A stretch of DNA of 64,000 nt from Chrysomallon squamiferum (GCA_012295275.1 CM022679.1:11470001-11534000); one strand, 5' to 3'; positions 40,208-55,523 are shown, counted from the stretch's first letter. The notes: generated from the sequence alone by a model not told the origin. A program made the numbers and translations.

Positions 40208-43200
40208 GTTAATGTCTTCAATTATGTATAACGCAGATTCAGTCAAAGTTGGTATTTCGATGCACATACCCATTTGCATGAACAGTTTTGTATTTGTTTC
40301 CATTTCATTAAATATTCTCACCTAGCTTTTTTTCTGAAGTCAAAGTTTTATTTTGTTCATGACACTCAGTGTTTTCAGCAGGTCACTTCTTGTTACTTTG
40401 TCTTCCTATATTTTCTACACACACTGAAATTGTGATGTACATACAGAGACTGCCAACATGGATGTACAAAAGACTTCATTTTTGAAATAAAGATTCATCT
40501 TTTCATCAGTTTTATTATAATTAACTAATAAGTGATGACCAAATTTAGTATGTTTTGATAAATAAGCTACCATCTTGATGTTATTAGCCATGACATACAT
40601 CTATATTGATATATAGCAAATGTACTGACAGTATTTTTATATTAATTATTTATAGGTCAGCAACAATTGAATTCCAGTTGCCTGAATTGGCCAGTACCAC
40701 AATGGCTTGCTACAAAGAAGTGAAAATTGCTGAAAACAAGCTGATTTTACAGTTTGATGGCAATATCCAGAAAGTGACAGAAACTGAACAGAATAAAAAT
40801 AACATGGAGAAAAAATATGCTGAAAATGTGACAAGCCCTGAACAGCTGAAAAGTGAGAACCTGTTAAATATGTTTTTCAAAATGTTTTAAAAACTAGTTT
40901 ATGCTGAAAGCACAGATGTTTGAAAGTAATCAATGGATATGTGAGAGAAAGGTGAATAAAATATTAGTATATATAAATTATTTATATATTGTTAAATGTT
41001 TTTTAATTTTTGTTATATATTACTTTTTTCTTTTTTGTTCTTTTTATTACTATTATAGGTATCTTAATTAATTAATTTATTTATTACATTTATTTATTTA
41101 TTTAGGCAGAATAGACAAATCAATTATAAAACCAAAAACAGTGTTGAAAAGTAGCACTGACAAGATAAATCCACAGAAATCCAGAGACGGTGGTAGACCA
41201 TCTGTTAACAGCCAACAAGACCATGTTAAACGTTTACGTGACAGGAGTAGACAGATTCTTATAAAAAGAGACGTTTCAGAAAGACAGCGCCAACTGCAGC
41301 AGATGGAACATAGGACTATTCAGCAAGAAGCTGTGTTATTGTCAAACATAATGAGACATGAAGACGTTCCAGGTAAATAATATCAAAGAAACTGTTATTT
41401 GGTTATTTCAGTCATCTTTGATTTTAATTTATAAAAATTTTATTATTTCATTTTAGTTTTATTTCATTTCATTTTATTTTATTTTATTATTATTTTTTTT
41501 TATTAAAGTCACTTTTGGAACAGTTTCTGATCCAGTGGATATGAAAGAAGAGCTGCCACCATTGCCTGAAGGTTTGACTTTGGGAGAAAAACAACACCGG
41601 ATGGTGTTAGAGATACAAAGACAGAGACAAAAAAAAATGGAGCAAAACAAAGACTCTGCATGGAAACATTTTCAACAGGTATCGTTTAATTTGTTTTTAA
41701 GTCATAACAGAAGTGAGATTTTTATTTTGTAAATAGTTAAAACAGTTTTCTATAGAATAATAATTATAGCATATTATTATTTATTATTGTAAGTCATGAT
41801 GGACATCCAAAAGAGAAATACAATTACACAGATTATATTTTTCTGGCAGCTACTGGAATTAATGTTAGCTTAAGTTTCAATATAATTCATGCTTTGATCT
41901 TGTGGTCAACATTATTTGCAGGCAGTTTTGTGAAATGGCACTCTCATCTATGAGTTTAGCAAGAATAATTACTAAATATTTTAAAATTTGTTTTCTTTAT
42001 TAGTGATATGAAGTATAAATAACATTTTTATTGTGATTTACAGTCTTTTATTAAATATTTTTCTACTCACTTTAAGATATATGTAGGAAAATAACTAATT
42101 TAATATGCTGCAAAATTTAGTATGTAACCTAAATCATTGAATGTAATGGAAACCTTATTTGTTCTAAAAAATCTAAAATACAGTTTTTCTTCTTCTTCTT
42201 CTTCTTTTTCTCAGCATTCTAGAAGTCCAAATTCTACCATTAGTCCAGGGTCCACTTTTACTGCACAAGGTGAAAAGGGTATGTGTGATACAGTACAGCA
42301 GCAACAACTTGTTAACAGAGATAAGTGGCTACAAGAACAAAAAACATCATATGATCAAAGAACAAAGAAAAAAGGTAATTTGGTATCTGGAATGTCAGCT
42401 TTTACACGACAAACTATACTACATTGATTCATTAGGCCAGCTTATCTGTATATTCAAGAAACTGATCTGCCTAAAAGATTTCAAAAAAGAAAGAAAGAAA
42501 ATTCAAATCTCTAGATTTATTTTAAAGAAAATTTTGGTATTAACTGAATATCTTTCTGTAGTAAGAACCTTCATTAACTGTGAAAAATGGTTAATCTTAA
42601 ATGAAAAAGTTTTCAAAGAATTAATTTTATTTTTATTTTTTTCTGTTGTATAGACAGAACGTTTGTTAACAGAGGTAGTCGAAATAGAAATTCTATGAAT
42701 CGAAGACGGTCGTATCAGAATTTTGAGCAGCAGCATCAGCAACAACAATTGCAGCAGCAAAAGCCTCAACCACAGTATGGAATTCTGCCAGGTCATGTGC
42801 AGGGTGCTGGGGTGTGTAGCAGTATAGTTACATATTTTAAAATAATTTAGATTGTTATTTGAGAATTACTGTTCCTACCTACAAAGATATATTGATATTT
42901 TTGAATTTTTGGCAATTAGTTTTTAGTTGTATTAAAATAACATAAAGAATTGATTTAGTTTAACTTACTTCATTTTAATTTATTTAATTTCCAAAAAACT
43001 CAATATTTTATTTTATTTTTTTAATAATAGGGATAAATGTCTCTTTTTTTCAATTTAAAATCACTGTTCCATCAGTTAGTAAATTTAATTCCCTATTCTA
43101 CTGATGCCCATCTGTTTCTTAGCTGAAATGTTTTTATTATGTAATTTTTTTTAAAGTAATAATCTTTTTATTCCAGACTCCATATTTGATGCAGGGAGAA

Positions 43201-43269
43201 AAGAAACAAAATGAAATACAGAACAGGTATGGTAATTACATTTTTTCTTCATTTATTTTATCTTCTTTA

Positions 43270-43302
<33 letters not shown>

Positions 43303-44755
43303 TTGTTGTTCTTGTTATCCAGAAAATATTAGTGTGAAATATAGTGTGAAATGTCAGTCATTATAATAACTGTTAGTGTTTATATTAGAATAATATGCTT
43401 ATATTATTATAAATTAAAATCAAATGTTATTTTTGTCATTTCATTTTATACAAATCCTAGGTTTTAATGGCAAATGTTTTTTTTAAATTTTATGAAATAT
43501 TTTTTTAATTTTTATTTTTACATTTGATTATCTGTTATAACCATTTATTGTGTTTTAGGAATATCACATCAAACATTAATGAAATAGAATCATATAATCG
43601 TGAAGCAGTGAGAGACAGAGATGGTTTTACTACTAGGCAATCCATCAAACAGACAATGGATACCAGAAATGATGTTACTGATAGAAGCAGACAAGCATTA
43701 AGTGGAAACATGAGAGATAGAAATATGCTGGAAGAAATTAGATTGGCAAAAGAAAGGATGGATCTAGAAATGGCAGAACAAAATTTTATAATGCATAATA
43801 TATCCAGCCAGGATGTTTCCAGTCAAAACAGTTTGAAAATTCATGGGCAGGCTGCGACTAGTTTGCCAGACAGTGATACCAGAGACAGAATTTCTGAGAG
43901 ATTCCAGCTGAGACAGCAACAGTATGTTTCAGATTCTTTAAATGACAGGTTCTTTTTAATGTAAATTTAATATATCAAACACACACTATTCACACAAAAG
44001 TTCAGATACACACACACAAACCATGTTACTTCCACAAGGCAAGCATGTTCCTTTTTGTTTTCTGTTTCTTTTTGAAAGGGTAAAACTTTAAGGCATGATA
44101 ATATGTTTAGATACATTAATACATATTTATAAGTTATGTTAACATTTATTTATTTTTAATTTTTATTTGAATTTCTAGATTTTATTTTATTTTTTATTTT
44201 TTCATTTTTGTTGTTTTCCAGAATGCATGGCTTTAAAGAAATAGCTTACAGCATTGATGAGGGTCCTGGTCTGTTTGGTAATGTCACAGAATATGGTCAT
44301 GGTAGCACAGCTCTCAAAAGACCATCTCAATCTGAGCATGACTCAATCCCAGCAAAAAGATCTATGTCTGATTACAATTCCAGTGCTTTCGCTGGAAGGT
44401 ATGGACATAACAAAAGACAGGCTGGGATGCAGCAACCTACAAGAGAACCCATTATGCAGGTTTCAGAACAAGAGTCTTATGGTAGGCAGTATAAGGTGAA
44501 TAAAAAACAAAGTCTGGAAACAAGTAATGAACCAAAAAATCAAACAAGACAGCATATTGTTATGCAGCAGCAGATGTTGATGGCAACTGGAAGATTTCTG
44601 CAAACTCCAAACAAACGGTAATATTGATAGAAGATAAAAATAAGTTTTCAAACATACCAAATATTTGTTTTTCATTATTATATTTTTAAGTTTGTGCATT
44701 GCTTAATATTAACCATTACTTTTTGAAAATAAATACAATCATTTACTTTTGCCAT

Positions 44756-44791
<36 letters not shown>

Positions 44792-45289
44792 CCACAAAGC
44801 AACAATAAATCATGCTAATCTAAAAATTCTGTTGATTATATTTTGTAGTTTAATTTATAATGGGAAAATCATTTATGTAAATGGTAATATTTGAAGTGTC
44901 TCAGATATTGTGAAAATACAGAAATCCATATACTTCATAAAAGTAAATGTTTAATTCCCATGGAACAACCCAACTGACAAAATCACTATGACACATAATC
45001 CAATATAATTTTAATTTTTTTTTCATGATCAATCAATGCTGACATGCTGATAAATATGGCAACTTTTTCAGTTGTTTATTCACTAGATGATAATATAAAA
45101 AAATTAAATATTAGGCTCTGTTGCAGCACCTATATCTTTGTGTATTTTACATTACTGTTAAACTTTATTAAAGTTGTTCTTGGTTACATTTAAAGTATTA
45201 TTAAATATATTTTGATTGTTTATTCATATTCTTGTACTCTTTAAAAAATTGTTAATATAAAAATAATTTCAATTTTCCATTACAGATGA
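33129..45289 (+). CDS. Uncharacterised RNA-binding protein (~1087 aa): acidic and RS/KSHDR-repeat N-terminus, one clear and one probable divergent RRM, Q/R-rich C-terminus
   Basis: 15 phase-consistent exons: 33129-34065, 34347-34418, 34851-34983, 35290-35423, 36328-36408, 38766-38895, 40656-40852, 41106-41372, 41524-41678, 42215-42374, 42654-42811, 43177-43226, 43559-43948, 44222-44617, 45286-45289. The RRM has RNP2-like RSIFVKNVP and RNP1-like GSATIEF, ending KIAENKLILQF (nucleolin-type). A second RRM-like segment is WSVRVYPL...GDLSLMI. The ATG lies 8 nt after an acceptor at 33120, implying an upstream non-coding exon (donor candidate ~32553). Confidence 0.8.
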
Positions 45290-47986
45290 AGTTAAAGTCT
45301 AAAGGCAAAAATTATTTAGAAAGAAAAAATTAGAAGCAAATGAATACACTACCTGCTTGTGTTGGTTATACACAAGAAAAATTATTATAATAACAAATGA
45401 ATATGTAATAGTTTTATGATGCTGTTTTTATATTATTGTTAATTTTTATATAAATGATTTGCAAGAAACAGGACAATCACTGCTTTTTAACAGTACACAT
45501 TGTATGATGAGCAAATTTAACACAGTAAATTCTGGGTAAACAGAGATGGACATTTCAAAATTCTAACATAAAATGGTCCCAAACTTTGAATTCTGCATTA
45601 CTAAACCATTTCCAGTAAGAAATGAAAACTTTAAAATATTTGTTTACGTGTATTTATGAGAAGTAGCCAAATGTATTTATTTTGAAAATGAAGATATTGA
45701 AAACAGTGAAAATACTTTTTGTCTATACCTGATTTTGAAATTTTTATATGAATTTTTACTTATTTCTACAATAAAATATTATTTACTGCCTGCTTCACAT
45801 ACACCAAAACATTTTAAAATACTATAAAAGACAATTATTTTATAAAAGCACCCATTTATTTGTGCTTATCTGTCTTCAGTTCTTTCCGATTTGTAAATAT
45901 CATTTTGTAACATCTGAAAATACTAATCTGTTTTTATTTAAAAACCTTTTTAAAAATCAATATTTTATTGACTGTAAGAATTTGATATTTAATAAATGTT
46001 TTGCAGAAGTTTAATATTGTTACTGTTCTTTCATCAGTTAATTGCAATGCAAGGAAAACATCTTTTATTTCATGCTTTAAGATGACAATTAAAAATTAGT
46101 TTTTATTCAAAACTTAGTTTAAATGCATATGATCTTTATAGTGTAGACTGCTTCAGATGATGTTTTGAAAACACAGAAAGGAATACTGTTTGTAATGTAG
46201 TTTTTCATAAAATATTTATATATTTTATATCAAATATAACATCAAAAAGAACCAAGAAATTTTATCAGAGAAAGGATATGTCACTAAATTATGAAAGATA
46301 TAGCCTTCATTTATCTTTTTTAAAGAAGAAAATATAAAAATTAAATAAAACTGTTGGAGAAACCATACTGAACAGACATTGCCTTTCTTAACATTTGAAT
46401 TTTTTTGGCTGCTAATGGTATTTAGTCTGGGAGATTATCTACATTGTTATTTTTAGTTACAGTTTAGTCAACAGACATTAATTCTAGCTATTTTATGGGC
46501 TTCCCAACTTTCTAAATTGTGACTTGTCACTTATAGTGTTATGTTTTCTGGACATATTACATTGTGGTGCTTCTTTCGTGTAGAGAAGTGAATTTTGTCA
46601 TGCTGAGCATCATGTACTTTAAAACTGCCAGACAGAAAACAAATTGTTTTCTCATCCACTGAAACCTTTCAGCGGGCCAACATATAAGAAATAAAGTCTA
46701 TTTGTCTGCCTCAGACATCAAAGAATGTCCAGGGTTATTAAACTGAACTTAAACTTCGATATTTAGCATGTTTATAACTGGTACAGATTTTTCTAGTCTT
46801 ACATAAAATTTCAATAAGTAAAATGAATCACTAAATATCTTTTTGCTAAGTTATTAGGCTTTTTTAATAACAGGTTTTACTAAATAACAGGTTTTTTATG
46901 GGCAATGCACATTTTCTTCTGGTTTCTTACTTTTACCATGATTATTTGCCAGTGCCATGATTGTTGGTGCATTGTCAAAAAAAAAAAAAAAAAAAAAAAA
47001 GAGAGAGAGAGAGAGAATTTGGAGTGTTCTGAGTTTAACTAATCAAACATAAGATATGAAAGCACATGCCAGAAAAATATTTATGGAGTTGAAACCGAAA
47101 TAGACCGATACCATGGAGCTGTTACTCATCTCTGTTCAAGAATTACATTACTGTTATTAGTTAAGTGACAAACAAAAAAATAAATAAATAAACAAAATAA
47201 TAATAATAATAATAAAATAAAATAAGTTTGATATCACTGGACAGCTTCTTTTCGTAACTATTGAGAAGGAATTTGCGACAAACTAAATGTCACCTAATTT
47301 GAGTTATTTCGGCTTTTGTCTTAATTGGTAAAACAATAGTGCACATAACCTGATTTGTTACAGTGATCTGTCTCGCTCAAGAAAGCTTAAATAAAGCCTG
47401 ATAATGCACTGAAAATTCGATGAATTCTATGATTCTTTTTGGTTTTGTTGCTAATTATATTTCTGCAAAAAACAAAAATGAATATATTTGTTATTGTGAA
47501 TAATGGACATTAGCCATTCAGCATTCAGGAGTATGGTCATGTGACTTCGCTATTTTTTTTTGTTCAAATAGACGATTTAACTAGTGACTGAAACGAAAAC
47601 ATATAATAACTAAACGAACACTTAGAGCAGACTGAACACACACACACACACACACACGTATTCTCTATCAATCTGTAGTGATCGAAAAAATCTTCAAAGG
47701 GAAATAACTGCTTTTGTTACTATAACTTGTAAACATTAAAATTAAATATACATTTTTAAAAAAGGTAATGTATAATGATAATGTTCTGTGTTAACATTAA
47801 ATGGTTATTCCTTTTCATTGTAGTCTCTTTCTTTCTTTCTTTCATATTCAGTATTGCTGTCTGACACTAAGATATATGAACTATGATCGTAGTTATGCTC
47901 CACGTCAGTCGCGCTTTACTGTTTTGTGATTGGCGTTGCGTTGAATAGGAAGTGGCGTTAGTTATTACTCGTATTTTCGGTACCCG

Positions 47987-48142
47987 ATGAACGCGGGTCC
48001 GACATGTGTGAGTACTGTTACAGCTTAACACAATATTTCAAGCAGAAACCTGATGTCTGTGTTTGTCGGTTTGACGTTACAGGAAATCCTTATTAGCAGT
48101 GGTGGTGTATCGAATACCATATCTTCATATGATGACATATAG
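47987..48142 (+). other. Candidate spliced micro-ORF/lncRNA unit (26 aa MNAGPTC|EILISSGGVSNTISSYDDI)
   Basis: Upstream motifs CACGTCA (47901), ATTGG (47929) and GGAAGT (47948). A 75-nt intron at 48008-48082 (GTGAGT...TTGAC...ACAG). AATAAA at 48418. Confidence 0.3.
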
Positions 48143-48248
48143 TGTACTATCTGATGAACTTCGAGCACTTTTTGTTGGCATTCTGTGCTGGTGTGCGCTG
48201 GTGTGCGCTGATGAATATGCTGATTCTTTCTGTATTTTTTCTTTTTAT

Positions 48249-48251
<3 letters not shown>

Positions 48252-48303
<52 letters not shown>
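48252..48303. repeat. (CT)n microsatellite
   Basis: Seen directly. Confidence 0.95.
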
Positions 48304-48308
<5 letters not shown>

Positions 48309-49660
48309 TTTCATTTTTTTCTACTTTCATTAATGTTTCTTTCTCTATTTCATTTTTTTTAATTTTATTTTTTATTATTGCAATCATTACTTTTACTATT
48401 CATTGTGTATTTTAAAGAATAAATATATATTGAACCCAATATTGTTTTCATTTTATTATCGAAACAAAAGATGGTAATATTAATCCAGACAGACCCCAAA
48501 TTACATAGAGGTTTTAATTCTAAATCCCATTTATGCGGTCGTTGATTTTATATTTTGCATTTTTGTTCCCCAGACTGTCGTTATGCAGACATGCTTTAAA
48601 TTATTTTTCTTCAGCATAAGGTTTTTCTCAAATGGTTTATGTTTAATCTAATTATCGTTTAAGATTTGTAGCAGAGTTAACCATGCTATATGGAATGAAA
48701 TATGCTTCGGAACATATTACTTTGAATCGGTGAAATTGTTTGCCTGCCTATCGATCTCGCTTGGTGTGTCTTTGTGTCTGTCTCTCTTTTGTCTGTCCGC
48801 TTTTTAAAAATCATTACCCACAATCTGTCTAATCCATCCATCCATCCATTAAACTTTCTGTCTGTCCGTCTGTTAGTGTAAATGGTATTCCTATGACTTT
48901 AAGTATTAAAAAATTAATAAACGCATGAGCATTTATAAGACAGTTTTTGCTTGCTTATAGGCATCGTCTTTATCACCGTTTTTTCTTTTTCTTCTCCCCT
49001 TTTCTTCCTCCTTTACCTTTTTCTTGTTCTTTTTTTTTTGTATATTTATTTATTAACTAAATTATCATCGTCATCATCAGTGTTATTATACGCCAGTCCT
49101 GTACGTTTTAATTACTGCATTAAGTTAAGCAAAAACAGATTCCGTTATTTTCATTCATAACTCTTTATAAAAAATTAATGATGATGTGGTTCATTCTGTA
49201 AAAAGAACGATGAATGAGTACATTTCATGTGGGTGTCGTAAACAAGACAAAAAAATTTCATACTGCAGCACTAAAGATCTAATATCACTGTACAATTTAC
49301 AGTAACGATCTGAACAAAAAATCATTCTAATTCTACCATGTAACTTTCATTGAAAGTGTGTGTGGCTGTGTGTTTGTATGCGTGCGTGTCAAATTAGTAA
49401 ATTAATACTAAGAAAAAATTATTTAAATGTTATTTATTTATTTATTTTAACTTTATTTATTCCTCTCCCCCCCCTTTGGAGTTTGTTATTTATGATAATG
49501 TCGTTTAACAGTATGTTTTATTTGTCTGTGTCTCTATGTAAGCTTATGATTATGATATCGCTGTATATTTGATTGTGTATATGTGTATGTAAATATGTTG
49601 GAAATGTTTATGAGTTTATAATATAAACTGATATAAAACAAACTGTTGAAATTCAGTTGC

Positions 49661-49698
<38 letters not shown>

Positions 49699-51652
49699 TT
49701 TCTTCTATGAAGAAATATATATATACTATTACAATTGGTTTGTCAGAGATACTTATGTATAATATTATGTCATTTTTTTTCAATTAAATTTTAAGTAAAT
49801 CTGCTTATAAAATATTTCTTGGTGTTAATAAAAATAACCTTAGAATGTTAGCAGCGGCCTTCTTTTCTTATATCACTATTTTTTCACATTATGTTTTATA
49901 TATAGTATCTGATAATAAATTATAATAAGGACTCACTAGATACACATTATTCGTTCGGAATCATTGATACAGCATGACATATAACAAAACTATACACGGC
50001 GTCAAAAAAGTATATAGAATAATGTGATTTGGCATATATATTTATGTGTAACAGTGATAATATAACTGTTTGCTAAAAGATAAACAAATAATATTCTGAT
50101 TTAATTACGAAATTAAAAAAGTGATGGCGTACAGAAGGTCATAAAATGTTAAAGAAATATGACAGCAGCTGGCTTTGTGTTTCTCAGAACAGTGTGTGTA
50201 GGCGAAACCTTTGTCTCCGGAGGACCTTTTGTGGGTGGAAAAACAAAACTAATTTAATACTGAATATTATCTATCTCGTAAGGATCAAATGATACACATC
50301 TGAAGCTTAATGACTAAAATTTATGAAACAAAGGTTTTATTTGGAGTTAGGGAATTGATTTTAATAACTAGAAATGTGTCTTTTATTCCTGAAAGTAAGG
50401 CATCTGTAAAACATTTGCATATAATAATACAAAAAGTTATTTAAACTGCTGGTACTGTCTTATTGCACCTTAATACCAAGGTAAAATAAAAAAATAAAAA
50501 TAAAAAATAAAAAATTCGATATAGTTTATCAATGAGAAACATCTGTTCATCATCTGTTTACACTTTCTTTATTAATTTTTTTTTTCTACGGCTTAATCAA
50601 ATTAACAGTATTAATGGTAAGGGACTACGTACTTCCGCTATTAACCAAAATAATTTACTACCTCTGGAAATAAAAACATTGTGTAAAGACTTCTTTGGAA
50701 TTAAAAACGTAAGCCTTAAACGTGAAATTATTATTATTATGATTATAAACAGAAACTGACAAGTATAAATTAGTTTAATGTAGCAGGCTCACTGACCTTT
50801 GAATATTAAAAGCTAATAAAACAAAAATAATACATTGAAATATTAATTATGAGGGAAAAAAACCAAAAGCATTTTGTGTGAATATATAACCTGTTAAAGA
50901 TCTATGGAAGGAAACACTTCCTTTATATATAACAAATGAATTATTTCATAATTCTAATTCATATTATTATTATTTTTTTTTTTTTAAGTACAAAGATAAT
51001 ACAGTTAGCCTTTTTCAAGTGATATTCTGAGTATTATATTTATTATTTATGATTAAGTTACAGAATGAATGAACTTTATATTAAAACGAAATTATGGCTG
51101 TATATGTCCTGAACGATAAACTAAGGTACAGTTTCAAAAACGATGTTAAGTGGAACGCATCAGGCAAATTAGTGTCATAGGAATTAATAACGGCATAAAC
51201 TGTTTTTGTTTTCCCTTCTCCATTCATGGGACTGGCAACTAATTTGTACGCAAGCCAGTAATATAGTTGCAGAAAGACACCCCCGCATATTGCTCAGTCA
51301 GCTATTACTTGAGAAAATGTGGAATATTTGTTTAATCTCCACATCATTTAATAGTAAGCTGTTATGAATAAAAATGTGGCAGTGGTAATTCAAAAGGAAG
51401 CCTGTTAAATTACTCCAGGCGATTTAGCTTTCAAGACTGTTACACTGGAGCTCGCGCATGTCTGAATTTCGTCCCCTACGTACACATCATATTACAGTGA
51501 TCATTACAGACTTTCATGTTACATTTTACTGAGACGATTATTGTTAAGTGAAATCAATCCTTTAATAAAATGGCTGAAAACATTTATTTATTTATTTTAT
51601 TTTATTTTATTTTATTTTATTTTATTTTATTTATTTAGTTATTTTTTAAAAA

Positions 51653-51694
<42 letters not shown>

Positions 51695-52196
51695 ACTAAA
51701 AGAATAAAACCAGATAGATTACAGTTATTCAGAATAATGAAATATAGAAATTATTATTCTTTTCAAACAGTTTATGCAACTATAGGATTTATAAATTGTG
51801 ATACATTTACTTACTGCAAGATGAATATATAAATGATGATTTCTTGCTGGTAACAGAATTTACGCTTCTGAGATTTTGACATTATTTGATCGACTTCTAC
51901 AAATTAATATCTTGAATGGATATATTTCTGACAATGACGTTTCATAAGTAGAGAAATATTATATTTAACAATTTTTTGATACTGTGTACTAAAACAAGAT
52001 CAGTTAAATATTATTCTTTCAAATTATTTAATTATAATCATCCTCTTTGTTACTATTAGTACTAAAAGTAGCAGTAGTATTATTGGTAGTAATAGTGGTA
52101 GTAGTGGTGGTAATAACTGTAGTACTACTAGTAGTAATGTTATGGAGATAGCAGTAGTAACGCTTATTGATGTTTGTGTGTGTCTTACTGTCTGTA

Positions 52197-52320
<124 letters not shown>

Positions 52321-52997
52321 ACAACAAATTATCTTCTTACAAACACCTTCCCATTGAGTGGAAATCACATACAAGGACTAGAGGTATTTTCAGAAGTGGA
52401 AAATAGCCGCTAGCCCATCGAGATGATAATTCTCCTGAAAAATACTACTCAATCTAGCTCTCTTACTTTTGTGTTACGCTCATTTCTGGTTATTTGTTGA
52501 AAAACCACAAAACAGAAGCAATAATCTCCACTTTCTCAACACATAACGCTGTATTTGTTTCTACCAGTAGTAATAGGGAGAGTGCTGTTTAATTGCTCAC
52601 ATAATGAGATCGGTCAATTGGCACAAAATTCTATTTCTACATTTTTTTTAATTATAAATAGTATGAATGAGAATAAATTTCAGTTTTGAAAAAACTTTAA
52701 ATACGAATGCGATTGTAATTAAATAAAATTGCTTCATTACATGATGCAGAATATTATGTCTTTAGATGCAGAAGAGGAGCAAAATTGGTTGAATATTTTA
52801 ACGTGATTGCAAATACAAGAATTTGATGTTAAAATCTTTGGAGCGGTAAAGAAGATACAGAACTTTGTATCATTTATAGTCTTAAAAAACAAGAGACTGA
52901 ACCAAACCGTTTATTATGTTCTTTTATATTCATTGCGTTCTTCAACTATCACCGTTCCAACCCATAGCCCTTTATCAAAGGTTACAAAAATGTTGCA

Positions 52998-53033
52998 TGT
53001 ATGTCTGTGTCTGTGTGTGTTTATGTGTATACA

Positions 53034-53066
<33 letters not shown>

Positions 53067-53172
53067 GTGTGTGTGTGAGTGTGTGTGTGTGTCTGTGTGT
53101 GTTTATGGGTATACATACATACATACATACATACATACATACATACATACATGCATGTGTGTGTGTGTGTGA
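52998..53172. repeat. (TACA)n/(TG)n compound repeat, duplicated block
   Basis: Two TACA runs, each followed by TG runs. Confidence 0.9.
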
Positions 53173-53712
53173 GAGGATACGTATGTACGCATTTGTGTAT
53201 ATTTGTGCATGATACCTGATCATTGTCTGAAAATTAAAATAGTGTGTCATACAAAGCATAGTAATTGTTTGAAATATATACCATTTACAAGAACAAACAC
53301 GAGTAAACGAAAAATAAGTCTTTATTTCTGACTACAATGCACGCAAAAAACAGCAACACGCCTGTTGTGAGAAGTTGCAGAAGTGAATACAATATAAATG
53401 ATAAACACATAAAAGCCATAAAAAAAATAATAATAATTTAAAAAAACATAAAATTTTTACTTTAAATAACTGACCTTTCCTTTTACAGTACCTGTCGGAT
53501 TTAGACTAAAAACAGAACATCTAACCCAACAGTTAAAGTGAATTTTGATGTAAATTTGCATTATCTGTGCGTTTATATCTTTATTTGAGGTCGACTGACT
53601 CAGGTTTCTTCAGAAGACCAAACCCTGAAAACGCTGTGAAATGAAAAAAAAAAAAAAAAAAAAAATTATATTGTTATAGTAAAATAAATATAGATAACTT
53701 AGTTGTTGGTTC

Positions 53713-53745
<33 letters not shown>

Positions 53746-54953
53746 AGTTCTGGTCCATGTTGGAAAACCTGTTGGAGTAATAACCAAAGTAATTTAAAAG
53801 ATGCAGAGTCCAATTAACCGAGATTTCGGATTTGTGGTTATATATAATTCAAATATTCAGGAACTAATAATCAAATGGTTCTTAAACAGAATAATAATGT
53901 AATATCTAGATTCTTCATTCGCGAATTAAAAATACACTTTTGTTTACGGCGATATAAAACTATTTTTTGACACCAGTGATTTGGCTGTATTTGCCGTAAC
54001 ATTGGTGGATTGAAAGCATCCGTCTGGATTTTAATGGTTTGAGAAATATAACAGTAACGTTTTATTTAACAGGCCTATTCGTATTATACTTGGAAACGAA
54101 ATCAAAAAGGAGGCAGTAGTAAAGTTTAATGTTAAATTTTGTGTTGCATATGCAATTTAGAGATATAGGGTGTCTTGGCAAAACGGGGTATTAAATTAAT
54201 ATATTACGGTTTAAATTAGTGTTACAAACCTCCGATTAATTCAGGATCATAAGTGACCGTTACATTTTTTATACAAATATCACAAAAGAATGGGACCTGA
54301 GAATTTTTTTTTTTATTTCCACATATGTGGTTTTAGTTAATATTATGAATGCATGAAATCTTTGTGTCAGACACTCATTATATCTTTATTTCTTTTATGT
54401 CTTTCAGCTTCTTTTTAATTTTTTAATTTTTTTTTTTATTATTATTATTATTTTTTTGTTGTTGTTGTGATTATTATTATTATTATTTTATTTATTTCAC
54501 TTTGCAATGCTGTAAAATAAGATTTTGATATTAAAATATTTGTGGCTAAATGAATAAACAAATAATATTATCAACATTAAAATAATCATGACAAATAAAT
54601 AGATAATAATCATATATAATACAAATTCAGTATGTTTCTAATATACCCAAAGAAAAGCAAATATAACTGTAGCACTATAATATATATATTTAGAAGAAAA
54701 TGGTAATATATATATATATATATATATATTATCATTCTCTTCTAAATTTAAGAAATATAATAATATTTTATTACATAATATATTTTCAGGCAAACATAAT
54801 GGTTTTCGTTTCACAGTTTTGAATTTTAATCTGCTACACATATATCATCAAAATGAGATTTATTGTTTGAATCTGAAAGTTTATTTTTCTTTTACCCCGT
54901 TTCTTTTATTTTATTATTTTATTTTTGTTTATTTATTTATTTATTTATTTATT

Positions 54954-54994
<41 letters not shown>

Positions 54995-55523
54995 CGTTAA
55001 GTACATGATAGTAAACACAGCCGAACTCTTGACAACATGATAAAATATACCAGAAGTCAGTGTCAAGAACTTGATTGTTTTTTTTTTTTTTCTTAACTTT
55101 TTTATTTTTTTTTTTTTAAATCTCTAACTGACGGGTTTTTTGTTAGTTTATTTTTTATTTTATTTTTTCTCTCACTCTCTACTTTTTATAGCTTAGTTAT
55201 TTCTAACATGATGTATAATGTTAACACCTCTATAAACAGAACTGACAGTAATGGAATTAATGCATATTGTTCCACTTTGCCGTTCCAAGAAAACAAGAAC
55301 TGCTTGTTTTTTTGGCATTGCTATGTCAGGTATAGCGTACGCCGTTACGTTACGGAACTGTTTTGTTACGATGGGTGCACTACTCATTAGTGTCATATGT
55401 GGAAATGACATGGTGCGATATCAGCATTCTTGGCAATCCTCTGTAATTCACAATGCTCGATAAGGGCGAATGCAACGGCTTTCAAAGAAATCAACAGTCA
55501 GTCAATCGCACAGTCTTTTGTCT

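Noticed and set aside
53469-53545. Strong plus-strand acceptor followed by a short frame (PVGFRLKTEHLTQQLK*)
   Set aside because: No upstream partner exon or homology is evident.
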